Shown here: positions 13,926 through 20,915 of the stretch, piece by piece
How positions within the stretch are numbered: the first letter of the stretch is position 1
How the letters are laid out: each line of letters begins with the position of its first letter
NCBI RefSeq assembly: GCF_000406145.1
Contig: NZ_CM001976.1
Location: 4,302,380 to 4,334,379 of the forward strand
Reading direction: 5' to 3'
DNA: 32,000 bases
DNA from: Dickeya dadantii NCPPB 898
GTDB lineage: Bacteria; Pseudomonadota; Gammaproteobacteria; Enterobacterales; Enterobacteriaceae
Program-made: the position numbers and the translations under genes
The notes under the pieces: model-generated
Database searches by the model: none
Told to the model about the DNA's origin: nothing
The model's input: the letters and a program-made list of their open reading frames with translations, nothing else

Positions 13926-15284
13926 ATGACGAAAGCACTGGATTCCACCTGGCTGGCAGAACAGATCAGCGATACCTCGATCAAGGGGATTGCCCAGATT
14001 ACCGCTACGTTGATTCGCGAAGGGCGCATACCTATCGGCACTCAGCTTCCTGCCGTGCGGGAGCTGGCAGAACATCTGGGCGTCAGCCCAGCGACGGTTT
14101 CCGCCGCGTGGGGGCAGTTAAAACGGCAAAAGACAATTGCCGGTAAAGGGCGCAGCGGCGTTTGGGTTTGCGGCGACCACGACACGCCAAAGCCGGTGAG
14201 GTTTGAAAAGATCGGTAATTACGGCAGCGGTATTCAGGCCGATCTAGCCATGGCATGTCCGGATCCGCGATTACTGCCGGACCTGCGGGACGCCATGCTA
14301 CAAGGGATACGCTCCAGCAAGTTGAACAGCTATCAACGCGACCTGATTACACCGACGCTGCGCCAGGCGCTGGCACCGCGCTGGCCGTTTCAGGCGCAGG
14401 CATTCATGGCTACCGACGGCGGCTTTGACGCCATGAACCTGATCATCCAGACGCTGGTATCACCGGGCGATAAAATCATCATTGAAGATCCCACCGCGAC
14501 CCGACTGCTGGATATGCTGGATAACGTCGGCGCCGAACTGCTGGCGCTGGCTTGCGATGAACAGGGGCCACGACCCGACGTGCTGGAAATGCAGTTGAGG
14601 AAATCGCCGATCATGTTCATCTACCAGCCCCGTACCCACTCCGCCGCCGGACATACCGTCAGCGAAAGCCGCAGTGCCGAACTGGCGCACCTGCTTGCGG
14701 ATAGCGCGACACTGGTGGTAGAAGACGACGGCATCGGCGAACTGTCCGCCTGGCCGGTCTGGAGCCTCGGGCGTTACTACCCGGAAAGAACGCTGCACGT
14801 GCGTTCGTTTTCCAAAGCCTACGGCCCGGATTTGCGGTTGGCGGTCCTGTCCGGCCCGGAGTCGCTGGTCAAACGCCTGCAATCGTTTCGCAACTTCGGC
14901 GCCAGTTGGACCAGCCGCATTCTGCAGGATGCCGTGGCCTGGATGCTGACCGACCCGACGACTCAACGCAAACTGCAACAGGCCCGCGACTGCTATGCCG
15001 AGCGCCGCCGCCTGCTGCTGAAGGCGTTGGCCCGCCGCGGCCTGCATCTGCCCGATCGTGACGGCTTGAGCATTTACCTTCCCGTCGAATCCGAGCAGTT
15101 CGCCATGATTACCCTGGCCGCGCGCGGCATCGCCGTATTGCCGGGAGAGCGTTGCCGCTGCGGCGGCGCACAGTTTATTCGCGTCAGCACGTCAATGCTG
15201 AACGAGGATCAGGTGGAAAGCATTGCCGATGCGCTGGTACTCGCCGCCGGCATGGAGATAGACGGGCATCACGCCGATCTCTGA
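13926..15284 (+). CDS. MocR/PdxR-subfamily GntR regulator (N-terminal wHTH plus a PLP-dependent aminotransferase-like domain)
   Basis: The 452-aa product has the wHTH LPAVRELAEHLGVSPATVSAAWGQLKRQKTIAGKGRSGVWV and a fold-type-I aminotransferase body with the PLP-lysine context RSFSKAYGPDLRLA. It is divergent from the catabolic operon. Confidence 0.88.
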   Translation: MTKALDSTWLAEQISDTSIKGIAQITATLIREGRIPIGTQLPAVRELAEHLGVSPATVSAAWGQLKRQKTIAGKGRSGVWVCGDHDTPKPVRFEKIGNYGSGIQADLAMACPDPRLLPDLRDAMLQGIRSSKLNSYQRDLITPTLRQALAPRWPFQAQAFMATDGGFDAMNLIIQTLVSPGDKIIIEDPTATRLLDMLDNVGAELLALACDEQGPRPDVLEMQLRKSPIMFIYQPRTHSAAGHTVSESRSAELAHLLADSATLVVEDDGIGELSAWPVWSLGRYYPERTLHVRSFSKAYGPDLRLAVLSGPESLVKRLQSFRNFGASWTSRILQDAVAWMLTDPTTQRKLQQARDCYAERRRLLLKALARRGLHLPDRDGLSIYLPVESEQFAMITLAARGIAVLPGERCRCGGAQFIRVSTSMLNEDQVESIADALVLAAGMEIDGHHADL

Positions 15285-15416
15285 TTCCGCCGTTGCGCGC
15301 CGACGCGCGTTTGGGGCCACGCACAACGACCGGTACGTCGGATAGCGGACATCAAAAACATCAAACGTGTTTTTCAACGACGCCGCGTCAGGGCGACGAA
15401 TCGGGATGTAAGCCAT

Positions 15417-15453
15417 AAAAAAACCGCAGGGAGAACCTGCGGTTTGGTTTTTT
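15417..15453. terminator. Bidirectional Rho-independent terminator downstream of fkpA, also closing the MocR gene
   Basis: The stem AAACCGCAGG (15421-30) pairs with CCTGCGGTTT (15436-45) around the loop GAGAA. An A-run lies on the left and a T-run (to 15453) on the right, so a U-tract exists on both strands. Confidence 0.75.
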
Positions 15454-15467
15454 CAAGCCCGGAATAA

Positions 15468-16319
15468 TTACTGGGCGGCTTTCTTAGCCTTTTCGTCAGC
15501 CGGCTTTTCCGCTTTCGGCGCAGCGCCTTTAGCGTCGGCATCGGATTTGATGTCCAGCAATTCGACTTCGAACACCAGCGTGGAGTTAGCCGGGATCCCC
15601 GGAACGCCCGCTTCGCCGTAAGCCAGTGCCGGCGGGATCACCAGCTTGATCTGGCCGCCTTTCTTCACATGCTTGAGGCCTTCGGTCCAGCCCGGGATTA
15701 CACCGTCCAGACGGAAGGACAGCGGTTCGCCGCGCTTGTAGGAGTTATCGAACTCGGAACCGTCAACCAGCGTACCTTTGTAGTTCACCACTACGGTATC
15801 GCTGTCTTTCGGCGCCGCGCCGGTCCCTTCCTTCTCTACCTGATAGAGCAGGCCGGATTCGGTTTTCTTCACGCCTTTTTCTTTAGCGAAGGCATCACGG
15901 AATTTAGCGCCTTTATCCGCGTTGTCTTTGGCATCCTGCTGCATTTTGGCCTGAGCGGCTTCTTTCACGCGGCCTTCAAACGACTGCAGGGTTTTCTCGA
16001 TCTCTTCGTCAGACAGCTTGCTCTTGTCGGCAAACGCGTCCTGCACGCCCTGAATCAGCTGTTGCTTATCCAGCTTGATACCCAGCTTTTCCTGCTCTTT
16101 CAGTGAGTTATCCATGTAGCGACCCAGCGACGCGCCCAGTGCGTAGGCTGCGGCTTCTTCATCGCTCTTGAATTTGCCCGCCGCCGCTTTCGCTGCGTCC
16201 GCTGGGGCAGAGGCTGCCGCCGCATCAGTGGTCTTGGCCGCGTCCGCCGCCATAACACCCGTACTCAGCGCCAGTCCCATGGCTGCCGTCAGCAGTGTGA
16301 CTTTAAACAGTGATTTCAT
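15468..16319 (-). CDS. fkpA: Periplasmic FKBP-type peptidyl-prolyl isomerase FkpA
   Basis: The translation has the signal peptide MKSLFKVTLLTAAMGLALSTGVMA, then YALGASLGRYMDNSLKEQEKLGIKLDK...VVNYKGTLVDGSEFDNSY...GVIPGWTEGL...LVFEVELLDIK, collinear with E. coli FkpA. I chose the ATG at 16319, preceded by GGAGAG. Confidence 0.93.
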   Translation of the reverse strand: MKSLFKVTLLTAAMGLALSTGVMAADAAKTTDAAAASAPADAAKAAAGKFKSDEEAAAYALGASLGRYMDNSLKEQEKLGIKLDKQQLIQGVQDAFADKSKLSDEEIEKTLQSFEGRVKEAAQAKMQQDAKDNADKGAKFRDAFAKEKGVKKTESGLLYQVEKEGTGAAPKDSDTVVVNYKGTLVDGSEFDNSYKRGEPLSFRLDGVIPGWTEGLKHVKKGGQIKLVIPPALAYGEAGVPGIPANSTLVFEVELLDIKSDADAKGAAPKAEKPADEKAKKAAQ

Positions 16320-16532
16320 CCATCTCTCCAACATTCGGAGCACCATGCCCCGGCAACATTAACATTTCGCCAGCTACTATAACGTTGCGCGCAAAGACAA
16401 TACAACGACGCGCCGCACCGGATAGCGAAAAATTCTGCACGCCAGGATTTACGCCCGACGGCGTATGGTTTTACTACCAGAACTTTCCGCTTTCTGACAC
16501 ACTCAGCGCACACTGCACGGGAGGAAAAAAAG

Positions 16533-16751
16533 ATGTCATTATCAGCACTGGAGCAACGGCTCGAATTACTGGAAAGTCGCCTGGCTTTTCAGGAGGTCAC
16601 CATTGAGGAATTGAATCAGACCGTGGTGCAGCACGAACTGGAAATGGTCAGGCTGCGCGAACAACTGCGGCTGATGACCGAGAAACTGCGGGCGACGTCG
16701 CCATCGATGATTGCTTCGCAGGCGGAAGAAACGCCGCCGCCGCACTATTAA
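16533..16751 (+). CDS. slyX: SlyX family protein
   Basis: The 72-aa product reads [38 protein letters not shown]...[13 protein letters not shown], a near-canonical SlyX. GGGAGGA lies upstream. Confidence 0.92.
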   Translation: MSLSALEQRLELLESRLAFQEVTIEELNQTVVQHELEMVRLREQLRLMTEKLRATSPSMIASQAEETPPPHY

Positions 16752-16773
16752 CCAGCCCAGTTAACCAGCCCAG
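16748..16773 (+). repeat. Perfect tandem duplication, 2 x 13 bp (TTAACCAGCCCAG), overlapping the slyX stop codon
   Basis: I read it directly: 16748-16760 is identical to 16761-16773. A third TTAACC occurs at 16782-16787. Confidence 0.9.
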
Positions 16774-16817
16774 TCATCCGGTTAACCCGACCGCCGTGAC
16801 CCGTCAGGCGCGGCAGG

Positions 16818-17861
16818 CTATGCCTTACGCCACTGCCGCGGGCTGATGCCGAACCAGCGGCGGAACGCGCGGGAAAAGGCGCTGACCTCAGAGTATCCCA
16901 GCAGGAACGCCATCTCGGAAATCGACAGCTGGCGCTGCTGCAGATAGTGGGTCGCCATCTCGCACCGCACCTTCTCCACCAGTTGGGTGAAAGTCATGCC
17001 TTCGTCTTTCAGCCGCCGCTGCAGCGACCAGCTTGATAGACCAATGTTCTCCGCCACCTCTTCCAGCGACGGCTCGCCCTGCGGCAATACCTGACGCAAC
17101 CGGGCGCGCGCCATATCCACCACGCTCTGCTGGGGAACGTCGCTGTTTAGCCGACGCAGTGAATCCTGCACCACCAGCAACAGCAACGGATCATGATCCG
17201 GCATGGATCGCATCAGGTCGCGTTTGGGGATCAGTAGAGAATTGAACGGTTGATCGAAGTAAACCGGCGCGTCGAACGCCTTGCAGTGCTCATGCCACTG
17301 TTCAGGACGAGGATGCTCAAAATGCACTTCCCGCGGCGCCCAGTTTTTGCCTGCCGCATGACGAATCAGGTTCAACATCATCCCCAGCGTCAGTTCCGCA
17401 TCCTGACGGCAGTGCAGGATGGCGCCGTGACGCACCTGATAGTCGAAGCGCCAGCAGTCGCCCTTGTCCACCAGACGGATCAGCGTATCGTGCTGATGAA
17501 AGGGAAAGGCATTGACTACGTTATGCAATGCCTGCTCCAGAGTGGCACTGCATAACCCAACATAGCCTATCAACCCCAGCGCCTGCGGCTTGAACTGCCG
17601 GCCGTAATGCAGCCCGAAATTGTCGCAATCCGAATAGCGGGCGGCTTCCTCCAGCACCCGGCAGTAATTCACCAGCCCGACACTGAGCGTTGGGCAGGCC
17701 AGCAATTCCGGATTGATGCCGCTGATGCCCAGAATGCGATCCGCATCGCCCCCTTTTTCACCGATGAAATCGGTCAGGCCCGATGCGGCGGCGGCCAGAA
17801 CGCCCCGGTGCCCGCTGGGCAACTCGGCGACCGGCGGCAGCCGAAAAGACGTGGTTTCCAT
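16818..17861 (-). CDS. AraC-family transcriptional regulator with an N-terminal ligand-binding ('arabinose_bd'-type) domain
   Basis: The C-terminus holds a double HTH, LEEVAENIGLSSWSLQRRLKDEGMTFTQLVEKVRCEMATHYL...SISEMAFLLGYSEVSAFSRAFRRWFGISPRQWR. I chose the ATG at 17861 (METTSFRL), preceded by AGGCAGGA; the track ORF carries 19 extra codons. Confidence 0.85.
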   Translation of the reverse strand: METTSFRLPPVAELPSGHRGVLAAAASGLTDFIGEKGGDADRILGISGINPELLACPTLSVGLVNYCRVLEEAARYSDCDNFGLHYGRQFKPQALGLIGYVGLCSATLEQALHNVVNAFPFHQHDTLIRLVDKGDCWRFDYQVRHGAILHCRQDAELTLGMMLNLIRHAAGKNWAPREVHFEHPRPEQWHEHCKAFDAPVYFDQPFNSLLIPKRDLMRSMPDHDPLLLLVVQDSLRRLNSDVPQQSVVDMARARLRQVLPQGEPSLEEVAENIGLSSWSLQRRLKDEGMTFTQLVEKVRCEMATHYLQQRQLSISEMAFLLGYSEVSAFSRAFRRWFGISPRQWRKA

Positions 17862-18012
17862 GATTCCTGCCTCACACACAACCGACGAAATATCATAGAC
17901 CTGCAATTTCCATACCATTCACAAGCCACTGATTTAACTGGCGCCGTAAGACAGAACAGCACCATGGCGATCCCACGGTGCGCTGTTGTGGTGCAGTTGC
18001 CGCGATGCAGGA

Positions 18013-19044
18013 TCAGGCGCCGACCGGCAGCGCTTCTTTGTCCAGATAGCGGCGGCACAACCGCACGGTGTGATCGCTCCAGTCCGCACCCAGGCCGATC
18101 GCCTGTTCGGTCTGGCTATGGGAACCCGCCCAGGCCATCAACTGGATGCGACGTTGGATCAACAGCGACGGGATCACCGCCCGATCCGCCTCGCTAAGCG
18201 GACATACACGCTGATAGCCGCTGAGCCAGCCTTCCACCCATGCGGGCGCGCTGGGGTGATGCTCCACGAAACTGATCGCCGCCGCCAAATCGTGCAGATA
18301 CCAGCTGAAGCCGCAATCGTCAAAATCGATCACCCGGGTTTCGCCGTTCTGCAACAACAGGTTGGTCAGGCGCAAATCCGCGTGAATCAAGCCATAGCGC
18401 TGGCTGTCTTTGCCATAGTGCGTTAGCGCGTCGCGCACCTGCGCCAGCGTTTCCTCGATGGTGCCGTGATCTTCCGCCTTCAGGTTGGGCGCATCCTGCC
18501 AGCGCCCCCAATGACCGTGCGCCCCGACCATAGTATCGTGGTCCCAGACCAGACGACGGAAGCCGGTCGGGCGCGTCCAGCGCCGGCTGTGCTGGTGCAA
18601 ACGGGCGGTGATCACGCCCAGTTGCTCAAAGGCGGCGGCATCGACGGCCGTGGTCGGCATCTCGCCTTCAATCCAGTGAAACAGCACCACATTGCGCACC
18701 GTGCCGTCTTCCATCGTCACCGTTTGCACTGTTTCGCCGTCCAGCCCGGTCAGCGCCTGCGGCACCGTAATCCCCTCTTCCCGCAGCGCATCCAGCCAGG
18801 CCAGCTCGCCGGCGATATCCTCGCGCTGATGGTAGCCAGGCCGGTGAATGCGCATCGCGTAACGTTTACCACCCGCGACCAGCCGATAGGTGGCGTTTTC
18901 CGAACGGCACAGCAGGGAGAGCTGCCCCTGCAACGCAGACGGGTAACGTTTCAGGGCCAGTGCGGCCAGTTGGTCCAACGTGGTGTTATCAAGGGTATCG
19001 TACTGTTCTGCCATGTCCTGCTCCGCCATGTCCTGTTCCGCCAT
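18013..19044 (-). CDS. APH-fold phosphotransferase (homoserine kinase type II / hydroxylysine-kinase-like); candidate amino-alcohol kinase
   Basis: The N-lobe reads LLCRSENATYRL...YAMRIHRP. The catalytic loop is GLIHADLRLTNLL and the metal-binding motif is VIDFDDCG. The start is ambiguous: TTG at 19062, or in-frame ATGs at 19044, 19029 and 19014 inside a 15-bp repeat. The best SD (GGAG) precedes 19014. Confidence 0.8.
   Translation of the reverse strand: MAEQDMAEQDMAEQYDTLDNTTLDQLAALALKRYPSALQGQLSLLCRSENATYRLVAGGKRYAMRIHRPGYHQREDIAGELAWLDALREEGITVPQALTGLDGETVQTVTMEDGTVRNVVLFHWIEGEMPTTAVDAAAFEQLGVITARLHQHSRRWTRPTGFRRLVWDHDTMVGAHGHWGRWQDAPNLKAEDHGTIEETLAQVRDALTHYGKDSQRYGLIHADLRLTNLLLQNGETRVIDFDDCGFSWYLHDLAAAISFVEHHPSAPAWVEGWLSGYQRVCPLSEADRAVIPSLLIQRRIQLMAWAGSHSQTEQAIGLGADWSDHTVRLCRRYLDKEALPVGA
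19000..19044 (-). repeat. 3 x 15-bp in-frame tandem repeat encoding MAEQD-MAEQD-MAEQY at the kinase N-terminus
   Basis: The plus-strand units are gtactgttctgccat, gtcctgctccgccat and gtcctgttccgccat, with 1-2 mismatches between them. Each carries an in-frame ATG. Confidence 0.85.
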
Positions 19045-19073
19045 ACGTGTTATCTCATCCAAAGAGGGCCAGA

Positions 19074-19107
19074 CCGGGCAGCGCCCGAGTGATAGAGCGC
19101 TGCCCGG
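19074..19107. other. Perfect 11-bp-stem hairpin next to the kinase start
   Basis: CCGGGCAGCGC (19074-84) pairs with GCGCTGCCCGG (19097-107) around a 12-nt loop. There is no U-tract on either strand, so it is not a canonical terminator. It would lie in the kinase 5' leader. Confidence 0.5.
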
Positions 19108-19313
19108 CTCTCAGGATGTGACCACTCCCGTTACGATGCTTGACGTCGCAGCGCCGCAAATTGACCGTACGCGACACCTCCCGGTCGAATTCCCTCGGTT
19201 TGACCGCAGAGCGCAAAAATCTCCGCGCGGATGTCAAGTCGCCGGCTGACCGTCAGCGGCATTATCGAAACATGCGGACCTGGCAAGCGTGCCCGTCGCA
19301 GACAAGAGCAAAA

Positions 19314-19398
19314 CGGTTGTTACTATCCAATGATTGTTACAACCCGATGATTGTTACAACCCGATGATTTTTATAACCAACTGATTCTTATAAATAGG
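19314..19398 (+). repeat. Head-to-tail array of about five 17-bp units upstream of eat; candidate regulator binding sites
   Basis: The units are cggttgttactatccaa, TGATTGTTACAACCCGA (19331-47), TGATTGTTACAACCCGA (19348-64, identical), TGATTTTTATAACCAAC (19365-81) and TGATTCTTATAAATAGG (19382-98). The core units contain the dyad TTGT-N-ACAA. The last unit holds a -10-like TATAAA (19389-94). Confidence 0.85.
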
Positions 19399-19401
19399 GG
19401 T

Positions 19402-19424
19402 GATGAAAACCTGCTGTTTTCATC
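19402..19424 (+). promoter_or_regulatory. Perfect 9-bp inverted repeat (GATGAAAAC ctgct GTTTTCATC) between the repeat array and the eat RBS
   Basis: I read it directly. It ends 25 nt before the eat ATG and has no U-tract. It could be an operator dyad or a 5'-terminal mRNA stem-loop. Confidence 0.5.
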
Positions 19425-19448
19425 CCGCGTCTTGTAGGGGAGAGCGTC

Positions 19449-20816
19449 ATGACAATGCAGTTAAAACCCACCCTGGGTACGCTTCATCTGTGGGGGATTG
19501 CCGTCGGTCTGGTGATTTCCGGTGAATACTTTGGCTGGAGCTACGGCTGGGGCGTGGCGGGAACGCTGGGCTTTCTGGTCACCACCCTGATTATCGCCGC
19601 CATGTATACCTGTTTTATTTTCAGCTTTACCGAGCTGACCACCGCCATTCCTCACGCCGGCGGTCCGTTTGCTTACAGCCGTCGTGCGTTTGGCGAAACC
19701 GGCGGTCTGATCGCCGGCATGGCGACCTTGATCGAGTTCGTGTTCGCTCCGCCGTCGATCGCGATGGCTATCGGCGCTTACCTCAACGTGCAGTATCCAT
19801 CACTGGACCCGCGCTACGCGGCCACCGGCGCTTATCTGATCTTCATGACGCTAAATATTCTGGGTGTGAAACTGGCGGCGATGTTTGAGCTGTTTGTCAC
19901 CGTGCTGGCGGTCATTGAGTTGCTGGTGTTCATGGGTGTGGTGGCGCCGGGTTTCAGCATCAGTCACTTCGTCGCCAACGGCTGGGCGGGCAGCGACCAA
20001 TTCGGCAGCCCGGCTATCTCCGGCATCTTCGCCGCGATTCCTTTCGCCATCTGGTTCTTTCTGGCGATTGAAGGCGCCGCCATGGCCGCCGAAGAGGCCA
20101 AAGACCCGCAACGTACCATCCCCAAAGCCTATATCAGCGGCATCATCACGCTGGTAGTGCTGGCGCTCGGGGTGATGATCATGGCCGGCGGCGTCGGTGA
20201 CTGGCGCACCCTGTCCAACATCAACGATCCGCTGCCGCAGGCAATGAAAGCGGTGGTGGGTGCAAACTCCGGCTGGATGCACATGCTGGTGTGGATCGGG
20301 CTGTTCGGACTGATCGCCAGTTTTCACGGCATTATCCTCGGCTACTCCCGCCAGTTCTTCGCGCTGGCCCGCGCCGGTTACCTGCCCGCCGGGCTGGCGA
20401 AACTATCCCGTTTCCAGACGCCGCACCGCGCCATTCTGACCGGTGGGGTGATTGGCATCGCTACTATCTTTAGCGACAGTTGGATCAATCTACAGGGGAT
20501 GAGCCTGACCGCGGCGATGATCACCATGGCCGTGTTCGGCGCTAACGTGATGTACCTGATGAGTATGCTGAGCCTGTTCCGCCTGCGCCGTACCGAACCG
20601 GACCTGCATCGCACTTTCCATGCGCCGGGTTATCCGATCATCCCGGCTATCGCCCTGGTGCTGTCGGTGGTATGCCTGATAGCTATGCTGTGGTTTAACC
20701 CGGTGATTGGCGGCTTGTTCATCGTGCTGATGCTGGCGGGCTACAGCTATTTCCTGATGACCCGCGCCCAGCGCGACAATGCCCCGCAGGACGCGATGCT
20801 GGTGGGGAAAGAGTGA
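19449..20816 (+). CDS. eat: Ethanolamine permease (APC superfamily, Eat type)
   Basis: The 455-aa product has about 12 TM helices. The N-terminus LHLWGIAVGLVISGEYFGWSYGWGVAGTLGF...ELTTAIPHAGGPFAYSRRAFG is characteristic of ethanolamine permeases. The SD GGGGAGAG lies upstream. Confidence 0.9.
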   Translation: MTMQLKPTLGTLHLWGIAVGLVISGEYFGWSYGWGVAGTLGFLVTTLIIAAMYTCFIFSFTELTTAIPHAGGPFAYSRRAFGETGGLIAGMATLIEFVFAPPSIAMAIGAYLNVQYPSLDPRYAATGAYLIFMTLNILGVKLAAMFELFVTVLAVIELLVFMGVVAPGFSISHFVANGWAGSDQFGSPAISGIFAAIPFAIWFFLAIEGAAMAAEEAKDPQRTIPKAYISGIITLVVLALGVMIMAGGVGDWRTLSNINDPLPQAMKAVVGANSGWMHMLVWIGLFGLIASFHGIILGYSRQFFALARAGYLPAGLAKLSRFQTPHRAILTGGVIGIATIFSDSWINLQGMSLTAAMITMAVFGANVMYLMSMLSLFRLRRTEPDLHRTFHAPGYPIIPAIALVLSVVCLIAMLWFNPVIGGLFIVLMLAGYSYFLMTRAQRDNAPQDAMLVGKE

Positions 20817-20843
20817 GCGGCCCCATTCGCTGATGCCGTTTTA

Positions 20844-20874
20844 GCGCCTCCCGTTCGGGAGGCGCGTTGTTATC
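20844..20874 (+). terminator. Rho-independent terminator after eat
   Basis: The stem GCGCCTCCC (20844-52) pairs with GGGAGGCGC (20857-65) around the loop GTTC. It is followed by the T-rich run GTTGTTATC. Confidence 0.6.
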
Positions 20875-20915
20875 AGGGGCCGTGAAACCCTACCACTCAG
20901 GCAAGGCGGTCGTTG

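Noticed and set aside
15152-15418. Two ORFs of 74-88 aa, one on each strand, lie in and just after the 3' end of the MocR gene.
   Set aside because: Both overlap the MocR coding end and have no SD or recognisable family. The minus-strand ORF would start immediately downstream of the fkpA terminator. The ~137-bp gap contains only a weak 5-bp GC hairpin (CGCGC cgac GCGCG, then TTT), which I did not feel able to call as a terminator.
16440-16532. A GAACTT ... TCTGA / TCAGC motif in the fkpA-slyX intergenic region resembles a sigmaE promoter. fkpA is a known sigmaE regulon member in E. coli.
   Set aside because: The motif is on the plus strand, pointing at slyX rather than fkpA. Its spacing does not fit the about 16-bp sigmaE spacer cleanly. 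I cannot support a call without transcription start site data.
19314-19398. I considered the tandem 17-bp repeats as a possible degenerate CRISPR array or iteron origin.
   Set aside because: The units are contiguous with no spacers, there are only about five of them, and they are far shorter than CRISPR repeats. No cas or rep genes are nearby. Their position directly over the eat promoter favours a regulatory or VNTR interpretation.
5829-20816. I considered a functional link between eptA (phosphoethanolamine transferase) and the eat/kinase module, with free phosphoethanolamine as the donor.
   Set aside because: EptA-family enzymes take the pEtN group from phosphatidylethanolamine, not from free phosphoethanolamine. 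The two gene sets are 10 kb apart in separate insertions with different regulators, so their co-occurrence in the window is probably coincidental.
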